From Gammaproteobacteria bacterium (GTDB lineage: Bacteria; Pseudomonadota; Gammaproteobacteria; Pseudomonadales; Pseudohongiellaceae), in contig BPDI01000006.1 of assembly GCA_019654215.1 (NCBI GenBank), positions 28,649 to 92,648 of the forward strand: a stretch of 64,000 nt of DNA. The letters run 5' to 3'. The stretch's first letter is position 1; each line of letters starts with the position of its first letter. Of the stretch, positions 40,460 through 49,908 are shown piece after piece. The position numbers and the translations under genes are program-made. A model generated the notes under the pieces. The model was given only the letters and a program-made list of their open reading frames with translations. It was not told where the DNA came from and did not search any database.

Positions 40460-42106
40460 ATGGCGCAGCATCTGACTATAGTGATGGCGCAATTAAACTT
40501 TCTAGTTGGCGATATCGAAGGTAATACCGATCTTGTCATTGAGAATGCGGAACGAGCTATTGATGAAAATTCTGCAGACCTAATTGTTTTTCCAGAATTA
40601 ACTCTTACAGGATACCCTCCCGAAGATTTATTACTTCGTCCGAGCCTGCAACTACGGATTGACAAGGCGATAGCGAAAATACTTGATGCTAGTCTCGATA
40701 TTCATCTTGTTGTTGGCTACCCGCTTTTAAAGAATGGAGTTCTATACAACGCTCTAAGCGTTTTTAAAGGCAATGAGAGTCTTGCTACTTATTTTAAACA
40801 GTGCCTACCTAACTATCAGGTCTTCGATGAGCGTCGCTATTTTGCCCCAGGGGGTGAAGTCTGTTTGTTAAACATTCTAGGGGTGAGTTGTGCTTTTACA
40901 ATTTGTGAAGACTTGTGGGAACCTGAGCCAATCCAACAAGCAAAAGATGCGGGTGCTCAATTTGTTATTAACATTAATGCTTCTCCCTTTCATATAAATA
41001 AACTAAGTGAAAGAAAAACTTTATTAAAAGAGCGTTGCCTGCAGGGTGAGTTTCCCATTCTTTATGTCAACTTGATCGGTGGTCAGGATGAGCTCGTTTT
41101 TGATGGTGGCTCAATGGTGATTAGCGCTGATGGCGAATGTAATTACCTAGCTCCGAATTATGTCGAAGGAATGTTTGCTGTAAAGGTGAATGTGAGAAAT
41201 GGAGAATGTGAAGTTCCTAAACAAGAAATTGCAACTGAGTTGTCACTCGAAGCAAGTGTTTATCAAAGTCTAGTTCTTGGCGTAAAAGACTACGTCAACA
41301 AGAATAAATTTAAAGGCGTAGTCCTAGGTCTTTCTGGAGGTATTGATTCGGCATTAACACTTGCAGTGGCTGTTGATGCGCTAGGTAGCGACAGAGTTGA
41401 AGCAGTAATGATGCCTTTTGAGTACACATCAGAACTAAGTCTTGAAGTGGCAGGCCAGCAGGCGGAAATGTTGGGTGTTAACTATCAAATTATCGAGATA
41501 AATAGCATTTACAAATCGTTTATATCGGCCTTGGAAAATGAATTTGCCGGTACCGAAGTCGATGTCAGCGAGCAAAACCTTCAGGCTCGTGCCCGGGGTG
41601 TTTTGTTGATGGCAATTTCCAATAAGAAGGGTTTATTGGTGCTAACCACTGGAAACAAGAGTGAGATTGCTGTTGGCTATTCCACATTATACGGAGATAT
41701 GGCCGGTGGATTTGATGTGTTGAAAGATGTTTCTAAAACTCTAGTATATAAATTAGCGAAATATCGTAATTGTGAATACATGGGTGAGCGAAAGGAAATC
41801 ATCCCGGAAAAAGTCATCCATCGCCCGCCATCAGCGGAACTGGCACCTGGTCAGGTTGACCAAGATAGTCTTCCAGACTATGCGCTCCTAGATCAAATTC
41901 TCGAGCTCTATATAGAAAAAGATTTAAGCGCTGATGCCATTATTAGTCTCGGGTTCAACGAAGAAGAAGTTAGACGAGTTTTGCGCCTTGTAGATTTAAA
42001 TGAGTACAAGCGCCGCCAAAGTCCGGTCGGAGTTCGATTAACTGAGAGAGGTTTTGGACGGGATCGACGCTATCCCATAACCAATGCCTGGCCTATCGGG
42101 GATTAG
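40460..42106 (+). CDS. nadE: glutamine-dependent NAD+ synthetase (CN-hydrolase + PP-loop)
   Basis: ORF 40415-42106. The probable start is the Met at 40460 (MAQHLTIVMAQLNF). The nitrilase-type N-domain has FPELTLTGYPPEDL and CEDLW. The PP-loop is GLSGGIDSAL. Confidence 0.85.
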   Translation: MAQHLTIVMAQLNFLVGDIEGNTDLVIENAERAIDENSADLIVFPELTLTGYPPEDLLLRPSLQLRIDKAIAKILDASLDIHLVVGYPLLKNGVLYNALSVFKGNESLATYFKQCLPNYQVFDERRYFAPGGEVCLLNILGVSCAFTICEDLWEPEPIQQAKDAGAQFVININASPFHINKLSERKTLLKERCLQGEFPILYVNLIGGQDELVFDGGSMVISADGECNYLAPNYVEGMFAVKVNVRNGECEVPKQEIATELSLEASVYQSLVLGVKDYVNKNKFKGVVLGLSGGIDSALTLAVAVDALGSDRVEAVMMPFEYTSELSLEVAGQQAEMLGVNYQIIEINSIYKSFISALENEFAGTEVDVSEQNLQARARGVLLMAISNKKGLLVLTTGNKSEIAVGYSTLYGDMAGGFDVLKDVSKTLVYKLAKYRNCEYMGERKEIIPEKVIHRPPSAELAPGQVDQDSLPDYALLDQILELYIEKDLSADAIISLGFNEEEVRRVLRLVDLNEYKRRQSPVGVRLTERGFGRDRRYPITNAWPIGD

Positions 42107-42273
42107 GTGAAGAGTCCTTAGCGATTATTGGTGTTTTGCTGTAGCTGATTGCGATTGTTTGGTGCAGTGCAGTCTAATAGCCTGATTGGATTATAAGAGA
42201 TCGGTTTACGGGGAATCGAGATTTTTTGAAAAATGTCAGCTACGACGCAAAGCCGGTATTGATGGGAGTTTGC

Positions 42274-43257
42274 TTACTGGAGTACCCCGAAAGTTATCCT
42301 ACTTAAGAAGGAGCTATCTTCTTCGACCTCAATATCTTGCTGGTCGTTGATGATTTGCTGGCTTCCAGAAGTAATAGGTCTTCGCGTCGGTGCCAAGGGA
42401 GGATCCACCGCATTGTCGCCTACCAGACCAAAGGTGACGGTATACAAAAGAGAAGGATTGGTGATTTCAGTTTGAATAATGAAATCGCCATTGGTATCGA
42501 TGGATACGTGATCGGGATAATTTTCTCTAAGTAATGCCAGAGAGGTGTCAGCCAACTCAGTAAGCCCAAGCCGTAAATAACATTCAGCCATGATCGCTAC
42601 TCCATCGGCGACTGCGGGAGTTCCCTGAAAGTTTTCTACGACATATTGCGAACGGCGCAGGGCTGCAATGTACGCTCGTCTTTCCAGGTAATAGTTCGCA
42701 ACGTGAATTTCATAGAGTCCTAAGTTATTGCGTAGATAAATCATTCTAGCTCGGGCATCTCCGGCATAGGCACTATCCGGATGAAGTGCCAGAAGTTGTG
42801 CGAAATCATTAAAGGATTCCTGGGCTCGACCAGGGTCACGCTTAGTGTGATCGATAGGTAGAAATCGATTAAATAATCCACCGCCATCGGTGAATGAAGA
42901 TAGGCCGCGCATATAGTAAGCGTAATCTATGTTGTCACTGTCTGGATGCAGCCTGATAAACCGGTCAGCTGAGGCACGGGCCGCTTCCATGTCATCAATG
43001 CGATAATGGGCGTAGACGATTTCAATTTGCGCTTGTTCAGCGAAACGGCCGAACGGGAAGCGGGATTCCAAAGCCTGATATGTGGAAATTGCACCTCGGA
43101 AGTTTTGACCATTTAATTGGTCCAGAGCTCTTTCATAGAACTGCTCTTCCGTTGAAAGTCCCGAAAACTCATCCGAATCCTCATCATCACCAAATAGGCC
43201 GCAGCCACTAATGATGAAGCCCAGGATGAGGTAAATTGCTGACTTACTTAACTTCAT
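42274..43257 (-). CDS. bamD: outer membrane protein assembly factor BamD
   Basis: Lipobox IISGCG and TPR-like repeats ([28 protein letters not shown]...). It is divergent from rluD, as in other gammaproteobacteria. Confidence 0.8.
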   Translation of the reverse strand: MKLSKSAIYLILGFIISGCGLFGDDEDSDEFSGLSTEEQFYERALDQLNGQNFRGAISTYQALESRFPFGRFAEQAQIEIVYAHYRIDDMEAARASADRFIRLHPDSDNIDYAYYMRGLSSFTDGGGLFNRFLPIDHTKRDPGRAQESFNDFAQLLALHPDSAYAGDARARMIYLRNNLGLYEIHVANYYLERRAYIAALRRSQYVVENFQGTPAVADGVAIMAECYLRLGLTELADTSLALLRENYPDHVSIDTNGDFIIQTEITNPSLLYTVTFGLVGDNAVDPPLAPTRRPITSGSQQIINDQQDIEVEEDSSFLSRITFGVLQ

Positions 43258-43348
43258 TTATTTCTTAGCTTTCTACATCTAGTTTGTGGGTATTTAACCA
43301 TAGAGCCGGAAAGTGCGGCTAGTGGCTGATTCAGGCTATTATAGCCCA

Positions 43349-44320
43349 ATGTCAGCTCATATCTCTTTATCGGCAATAGTCCCAGAAGACCTTGCAGGTA
43401 GCCGATTAGACCAGATTGCCGCGAAATTGTTTCCAGAATATTCTCGTGCCCGCTTGCAATCCTGGATTAAAGACGGAAGTCTCAAGGTGAATGCAAAATC
43501 TCTGCGGCCGAGAGACCGGATACAAAATGGCGATCTTTTGGAAATCGAAGCAGAAATAGCTGCCAGTGATCAATTTGAGCCTGAGCAAATGGAGCTGGAC
43601 ATCCAATATGAAGACGACGATATTTTGGTCCTCAATAAACCTGCAAACCTAGTTGTGCACCCTGGCGCAGGACATTATCAAGGTACTCTCCTAAATGGAT
43701 TGCTCCATGCCTATCCCCAGCTCGATGCAATTCCCCGCGCCGGTATTGTGCACCGGCTTGATAAGGACACGACAGGACTTATGGTTGTTGCCAAGACTTT
43801 GAAAAGTCATATTTCTCTGGTTAATCAGTTACAGCAACGTTCGGTCGAACGGGAATATCAAGCACTAGCTCATGGTGTTCTAACTGGAGGGGGAACAATC
43901 AATGAATCTCTGGGTCGACACCCAGTGAACAAAAAAAAGAATGCGATTATTGAAAATGGTAAAGAAGCGATTACTCACTACAAAGTTATAGAACGGTTTC
44001 GTTCACACACTCATGTTCAACTAAATTTGGAAACCGGAAGAACTCATCAAATTCGAGTGCATATGACTCACATCAATCATCCTCTGGTTGGCGATCCGCT
44101 CTACGGTGGTCGGTTTCAACTCCCTGCTGCCTGCAGTGAAGCATTCGCCGATGCACTGCGTAGCTTTAAGCGGCAAGCGTTGCATGCGCGCCGACTAGCA
44201 TTAATACATCCGTCTACAGAGGAAATTATGGCCTGGGAAATTGAGGTGCCGGCTGACTTTAAAGAATTGATTGCTGCAATGGTGCTAGACCAGAACCCAA
44301 GAGGAACGATTGATGACTGA
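43349..44320 (+). CDS. rluD: 23S rRNA pseudouridine(1911/1915/1917) synthase RluD
   Basis: ORF 43313-44320. The likely start is the Met at 43349. It has an S4 domain and the catalytic motif HRLDKDTTG. Confidence 0.85.
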   Translation: MSAHISLSAIVPEDLAGSRLDQIAAKLFPEYSRARLQSWIKDGSLKVNAKSLRPRDRIQNGDLLEIEAEIAASDQFEPEQMELDIQYEDDDILVLNKPANLVVHPGAGHYQGTLLNGLLHAYPQLDAIPRAGIVHRLDKDTTGLMVVAKTLKSHISLVNQLQQRSVEREYQALAHGVLTGGGTINESLGRHPVNKKKNAIIENGKEAITHYKVIERFRSHTHVQLNLETGRTHQIRVHMTHINHPLVGDPLYGGRFQLPAACSEAFADALRSFKRQALHARRLALIHPSTEEIMAWEIEVPADFKELIAAMVLDQNPRGTIDD

Positions 44321-45080
44321 GCAAGGCATGGTAGTGGCAGATTGGCCAGCCCCTGCAAACGTACACACCCTGGTTACGACCCGAAAGGGCGGAATCAGTG
44401 AGGCACCCTATGCGAGTTTTAACGTTGCAAATCATGTCGGAGATACTCCGCTTGCAGTAGCAGGTAATAGAGATCTACTGCGGGAGGAATTACCATCGCG
44501 ACTTTCTTGTCAGTGGCTAGATCAAGTGCACAGCGCTCAAGTAGCAGTTATTGAAGGTGCCGGCTCTGTAATTACAGCAGACGGCTTGGTAACCAGGGAG
44601 CCAGACATAGGTTGCTGTGTCCTAACAGCAGATTGTTTGTCGGTACTATTTACTAACAAGGAAGGAACTGAGATTGCAGTTGCCCATGGAGGCTGGCGCG
44701 GATTGCTTGGGGGGATCTTGAAAAACACGATTGTTGCCTTAGAGAGTCCTAGCGATGATTTGGTTGTTTGGCTAGGTCCCGCTATTGGGCCTTGTCACTA
44801 TGAAGTAGGTAATAAAATCAAACAGGAATTTTTAATTAGCTGCTCTTCAGATGATGAGCGAGAAATAATTAATCAATCATTCTTGGCATCAGAGGAAGAA
44901 GGTAAATTGCGCTTTGATTTGCGCAAATTGGCCAGACAGCAACTTCAACTTCTAGGAGTTAATGAGATTTATGGGGAAGAGAGCTGTACTTACTGTGATG
45001 AATCGAATTTTTACTCCTACCGTCGTGATGGAGTTACAGGTCGAATGGCAAGCATAATTTACTTTACTGAAGTTTCTTAG
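44310..45080 (+). CDS. pgeF: peptidoglycan editing factor PgeF (YfiH, laccase-domain protein)
   Basis: 256 aa with QVHS...TADC...AVAHGGWRG...GPAIGPCHYEV. Overlaps the rluD end by 11 nt. Confidence 0.8.
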   Translation: MMTEQGMVVADWPAPANVHTLVTTRKGGISEAPYASFNVANHVGDTPLAVAGNRDLLREELPSRLSCQWLDQVHSAQVAVIEGAGSVITADGLVTREPDIGCCVLTADCLSVLFTNKEGTEIAVAHGGWRGLLGGILKNTIVALESPSDDLVVWLGPAIGPCHYEVGNKIKQEFLISCSSDDEREIINQSFLASEEEGKLRFDLRKLARQQLQLLGVNEIYGEESCTYCDESNFYSYRRDGVTGRMASIIYFTEVS

Positions 45081-45093
45081 AATACCCGTTACT

Positions 45094-46656
45094 TTGACTA
45101 CTAAAGATTCAGACATCGAGATTAATAAATCAAAAGAAAACATCGATTGGATATTGTTTGGAATTGGTAGTGGGACTCTACTGATTGCAGTTTGCATCAT
45201 CGTAATTTTTCCTGAGTCGAGCGCTACGAGTATAGAGAGTCTTTATCAGCGAGTGACTTCACAATTCGGCACGTTGTTCGTTTACGCGGCAGTACTTACT
45301 CTAGGATTTCTGCTCTATATTGCAATCAGCCAATACGGCAACGTAGTGCTAGGTGATTCTGCACAGCCTGCCTACTCCCATTTTAGTTGGGCTTCTATGC
45401 TCTTTTGCGCAGGCATAGGAGCTTCCTTAATTTATTGGGGGGCTACTGAATGGACTTTTTATTTTGTGGAGCCACCATTTGGTATTGAGCCACGCAGTGA
45501 TGAAGCCATTACCTGGGCTATGAGCTATGGAATATTCCATTGGGGCCCCATTGGCTGGGCTTTCTACTGTCTGCCGGCCCTAGCGCTAGCTTGTTCCTAT
45601 CATGTTAAAAAAATTCCCGCATTAAGATTAAGTTCCGCCTGTTCCGCTGTTCTTGGGAACAAAGTTGATAAATGGCCAGGAAGAACAATTGATTTGTTTT
45701 TTATTGTTGGAGTACTGGGAACAGCAGCTACAGGGATGGGATTTGGCACTTCATTGATTTCATCTGTCATTAATGAATTGACCGGTATTGAAGATGGAAT
45801 TTTGCTGCAAGCTTCTATTCTATTTCTCGCAACAGTGCTTATCGCATTTAGTGTCTATAAGGGTTTAGATAAAGGTATAAGAATACTCAGCACACTGAAT
45901 GCAACACTCGCACTGATTTTTGTGCTTTTCATTCTTTTGGTTGGGCCCACAAGATTCATTTTCGAAATGGGTACCGTAGCGCTTGGTAATGTGGCCCAGA
46001 ATTTCATAACGATGCTATTTTGGACAGATCCATTAGAACAGGGTGACTTCGTTGAAAGCTGGACGATTTTTTATTGGGCCTGGTGGTTAGCAATGGGGCC
46101 TTTCATCGGCATGTTTGTTTGTAAAATTTCCGAAGGCAGAACTGTTCGCCAACTAATCTTTGGCATGTTGGGTTGGGGAAGTGTTGGTTGTGCGCTCTTC
46201 TTTGTAGTCTTGGGCAACTATGCGCTGTCTTTAGAATTGGCGGGAGATTTTCCGGTCATTCAACAAGCAATTGAAGCATCCCCTTCTGTAGCCATCGCAG
46301 GGATTATTGCTTTATTGCCAGCAGGAAGTTTCTGGCTTATCTATATCGCGATAGTAGGGTTGATCTTCATGGCTACTACCTACGATTCAGCTTCCTACAC
46401 GATTGCTGCAGGAACTACGCGCCAGTTAACTGAGCATCAACATCCTGCTCGTTGGAATAGAGTGTTTTGGGCGATCGCCTTGGGATTACTCCCTGTGTCG
46501 TTACTGTTTATTGGAGGGTTACGGGAATTACAAACAGCTTCACTGGTAGCATCCTTTCCACTGTTAATTATTTATTTGATTTTGGCTTCTTCCATCCTAC
46601 GCTGGTTACGTGAATTTAAACTCGCAGGAAAGACTCAAAGGGTTCCAATCAAATAA
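45094..46656 (+). CDS. BCCT-family (betaine/carnitine/choline-type) transporter
   Basis: 520 aa, 12 TM helices. BCCT signature WTIFYWAWWLAMGPFIGMFV. Confidence 0.8.
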   Translation: MTTKDSDIEINKSKENIDWILFGIGSGTLLIAVCIIVIFPESSATSIESLYQRVTSQFGTLFVYAAVLTLGFLLYIAISQYGNVVLGDSAQPAYSHFSWASMLFCAGIGASLIYWGATEWTFYFVEPPFGIEPRSDEAITWAMSYGIFHWGPIGWAFYCLPALALACSYHVKKIPALRLSSACSAVLGNKVDKWPGRTIDLFFIVGVLGTAATGMGFGTSLISSVINELTGIEDGILLQASILFLATVLIAFSVYKGLDKGIRILSTLNATLALIFVLFILLVGPTRFIFEMGTVALGNVAQNFITMLFWTDPLEQGDFVESWTIFYWAWWLAMGPFIGMFVCKISEGRTVRQLIFGMLGWGSVGCALFFVVLGNYALSLELAGDFPVIQQAIEASPSVAIAGIIALLPAGSFWLIYIAIVGLIFMATTYDSASYTIAAGTTRQLTEHQHPARWNRVFWAIALGLLPVSLLFIGGLRELQTASLVASFPLLIIYLILASSILRWLREFKLAGKTQRVPIK

Positions 46657-47437
46657 TCTTTATGAGCCCGTCTAACACCGCATTGGGGTGTTCAGAAAAC
46701 ATGGCATGCCCTGCCGGGCTCAAGTAAATGACTTCACAGTTCGGAATCGACTCTGCAACTTTCAGAGCTTTAACTGGCGTGGTCATCTGATCCTGGTCTC
46801 CGACAAAAACTAATGTTTTTATTGAGATTTGTTCAGCTAACTCGAGACTATTAGTAAATTCATTACAGGCTTTAAGGTCAGCGAAGAAAACATCCTCTCT
46901 TGACGCTTCAAGCAGGCGTTGACCTGACATCATCATACTAATGCCAGGATTCTCATTGCCCCCAAGCTGAGCAATCTTGCTATGACTCCAGGTATTTGCC
47001 ATATCGAAAGCTTCATGGGAATTATCTTTGGCAGCATTCAGGAGGGGGTCTGATACAGGCATTGGAATCGAAGTGCCTACTAAAGCCATTGAGCGTAAAT
47101 ATTCAGGATAATCAGCAGCGAACTGCAGACAGATTAGAGAGCCCATGCTGTAACCAATTAGAGAAGTTTGTTTAATCTCTAAAGCTTCTAAGGCATCACG
47201 CAGCCATTTTGCCAATTCATTGATTGAATCTAAAGCTACGCCGTCAGATCTTCCGTGACCGGGCAAGTCGATTGCGTAAACATTAAACTTTTGCCTGGCA
47301 AAATGGCGCGAAGCAAGGACGAAAGTTGAATGATCCAGTCCTGCTCCATGCACGAAGACTACCGATTGTCGATTTGGATCAATGGAGCCAGTTCCATTGC
47401 TACAATAAGTTTTCTCACCTCTAACTTCGAAATACAA
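46649..47437 (-). CDS. alpha/beta-fold hydrolase
   Basis: 262 aa with an HG oxyanion motif (VFVHGAG), nucleophile elbow GYSMGS and a C-terminal GH (PAGHAMF). Confidence 0.65.
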   Translation of the reverse strand: MYFEVRGEKTYCSNGTGSIDPNRQSVVFVHGAGLDHSTFVLASRHFARQKFNVYAIDLPGHGRSDGVALDSINELAKWLRDALEALEIKQTSLIGYSMGSLICLQFAADYPEYLRSMALVGTSIPMPVSDPLLNAAKDNSHEAFDMANTWSHSKIAQLGGNENPGISMMMSGQRLLEASREDVFFADLKACNEFTNSLELAEQISIKTLVFVGDQDQMTTPVKALKVAESIPNCEVIYLSPAGHAMFSEHPNAVLDGLIKII

Positions 47438-47452
47438 ATTGAAATCCTGTAA

Positions 47453-48746
47453 TTATTTTTGCGATGAGCGCAATCCGCGTTTTAAATCTGCAGTTAGATC
47501 TGTAATATCTTCTAATCCTATGGAAAGGCGAATTAAGCCTTCAGATATACCAGCTTTTTCTAACGCGTCAGCATCCATTCTATGATGAGTAGTACTGGCG
47601 GGATGTATGACTAATGACTTTGCATCACCAACGTTAGCCAGATGAGAAAATACATCTAAGGATTCGATAAATTTAATTCCCGCGTCACGTCCGCCCTTAA
47701 TGCCAAAACTAAAAACTGCACCGCAGCCTTTTGGCAGTAAGGATTTTGCTAACTGATGATCAGGATGTGACTCCAATACAGGATGATTTAGCCATTCAAC
47801 TTCCTCCTGTTCTGCCAAAAATTCAATCACCCCATGAGTATTTTCCACATGACGTTGCATTCTTAGTGGCAGAGTTTCTATGCCTTGTAAAATTTGAAAC
47901 GCAGTAGTTGGGCTCATACAGGCGCCAAAATCCCGCAGTCCTTCCTTGCGTGCTCGGGTTATAAATGCAGCTGGTCCAAATTCTTCTGAAAAATTTAAAT
48001 TGTGGAATCCATCATAAGGCTCAGATAAAGTTGGAAACTTGCCCGATGCTTCCCAGTCAAATGTACCACCGTCAACTAATAGTCCTCCTATAACCACACC
48101 ATGACCTGATAGAAATTTAGTAGCTGAATGCATTACTAGATCTGCGCCGAAGTCTATGGGTTTACATAAATATGGAGTAGCAAAAGTTGCATCTACTAAA
48201 AGTGGTAAACTAGCGGCATGAGCAACTTCCGCAATGCCGGGGATATTAAGCACTTCTAATCCGGGGTTTCCCAGAATTTCACCAAATATAAGTCGGGTGT
48301 TGTCGCGAATTGCTTTTTTAAACGCTTTTGGGGTCTCTTGGATCAACAAAGGTAGTTTCGATTCCGAATCGTGGCAGGGTATAGGCAAGTAAGTTATGAG
48401 TCCCTCCATAAATACTGCGAGAGGCAACGATGTGATCTCCACTACTTACAATAGTGGCAATAGCTAGATGCATTGCCGCCTGACCACTAGCGGTTGCAAT
48501 GCCCCCAACACCATTTTCGAGTGCAGCGATGCGTTCTTCTAATACCGCTGTAGTTGGATTGGAAAGTCTGGAGTAAACATGGCCAGCTCTCTCAATGTTA
48601 AATAGGCCAACCGCAAAGTCAGTGTCACGAAAAACGAAAGAAGCAGATTGATAGATTGGGGTTGCTCTTGCCCCGGTTGAGGGGTCAGGCCCCTGCCCCG
48701 CATGCAGGCTTAAAGTATCGAATTTAAAGTTTGAAGGTTTAGCCAT
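47453..48746 (-). pseudogene. metY: O-acetylhomoserine aminocarboxypropyltransferase/sulfhydrylase (one frame break near 48318-48340)
   Basis: Fragment 48318-48758 (FDTLSLHAGQ...YSRLSNPT...ASGQAA) and fragment 47453-48442 (DATFATPYL..., PLP-Lys motif HSATKFLSGHG, ...RLSIGLEDI). The junction lies at a T6/G4 run. Confidence 0.8.
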
Positions 48747-48864
48747 GTCTGTTACCAAAAAATTTGGTATATGTTATGCCAACCGCAGGTTATTCTAAAG
48801 GCTGCGTAAAAATGTTTTCTAAACTATGCTTTTAATCTGGTGAACAAATAAGAATGATTGATTT

Positions 48865-49770
48865 ATGAGCAGTATAAACGTAACTCTACTTGACGCTGGA
48901 ATGGGGAAAACGCTTTCCATGAAAGGTGTGGATATTCCACCTACTATTTGGTCAGCAAATGCCTTAATTGTTGCTCCTGAAGTCGTAAAGGAAGTGCATA
49001 AAGAAAATATTGCAGCTGGCGCCAATATCATTACAACGAACAGTTATGGAATAATTCGAGGAGATTTGGCCAAAGAAGGTTTAGAAGATAAATATCTCGA
49101 ATTGAATCAGATTGCAGGGAATTTAGCGGAACAATCCGTTGTAGACACCAACGCTCAGGTATTAATTGCGGGCAGTTTACCGCCTCAGAATGGCAGTTAT
49201 CGTCCTGACCGCGTTTTAGATGAAGCTATAATACGCCCTTTGTATGAAGAGCAGGTAGAGATTCTCAATTCCTACGTCGATCTCTTTATTTGTGAAACCA
49301 TGTCTACAATCGCTGAAGCCCGCACCGCTTGCGAAGCTGCTTTACAATCATCGCGTCCGGTTATTGTTGGTTTGACTCTGCATGACCAACAAAAGTCCTG
49401 CCTTAGAAGTGGTGAATCTTTAGCCGATGCAATTGCAATTCTTGAAAAGCTAGATATCGCGGGCATTGTTGCGAATTGCTGTCTACCAGAGAGAATCTCC
49501 GATGCGATGCCGGATTTGGTTAAAGCAAGTGTTAGTTTTAAAGGAGGTTATGCCAATGCTTTTAGTCAAGTTCCTTCAGGCTGGTTATTGGATGGTGATA
49601 AAGAAACCGATGGGCGTCTGGGCCTTCGGGAAGATTTATCACCAGCACGCTATAGTGAATTCGTTCATGATTGGATAGACAATGGTGCCAATTTCGTTGG
49701 TGGCTGCTGCGGCACTACTGCTGAACATACCGCGTCTATAAACAATCTCCTAAATCCCGGCGACCCGTGA
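48865..49770 (+). CDS. homocysteine S-methyltransferase family protein
   Basis: 301 aa with an Hcy-binding domain. Zinc ligands lie in ...NCC... and the C-terminal VGGCCGTT motif. Confidence 0.7.
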   Translation: MSSINVTLLDAGMGKTLSMKGVDIPPTIWSANALIVAPEVVKEVHKENIAAGANIITTNSYGIIRGDLAKEGLEDKYLELNQIAGNLAEQSVVDTNAQVLIAGSLPPQNGSYRPDRVLDEAIIRPLYEEQVEILNSYVDLFICETMSTIAEARTACEAALQSSRPVIVGLTLHDQQKSCLRSGESLADAIAILEKLDIAGIVANCCLPERISDAMPDLVKASVSFKGGYANAFSQVPSGWLLDGDKETDGRLGLREDLSPARYSEFVHDWIDNGANFVGGCCGTTAEHTASINNLLNPGDP

Positions 49771-49812
49771 ATTCCGGACTGTTGATCGACATCAAAAATT
49801 CATCCTTTTGCA

Positions 49813-49838
49813 TTGAAAAATGCGTTCCAAAACCCAAT
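49813..49838 (+). promoter_or_regulatory. candidate sigma-32 (heat-shock) promoter of clpB
   Basis: TTGAAA (49813-49818), a 14-nt spacer, then CCCAAT (49833-49838). This resembles the sigma-32 consensus CTTGAAA-N13-15-CCCCATnT and lies ~70 nt upstream of the clpB ATG. Confidence 0.4.
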
Positions 49839-49908
49839 AAATAGAAAGTAGAGATGGTCTGAACTCCACCGCTGGTGGATACAGATACACAGATTTTTTG
49901 GGCAAATC

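Noticed and set aside
48747-48864. Possible SAM-type riboswitch in the divergent metY / Hcy-methyltransferase intergenic region
   Set aside because: Only short hairpins are visible (CGCAG...CTGCG, and ACCAAA-TTTT-TTGGT near the start). I could not recognise the conserved pseudoknot or AAAGCU elements of SAM-II/V. An Rfam scan would be needed.
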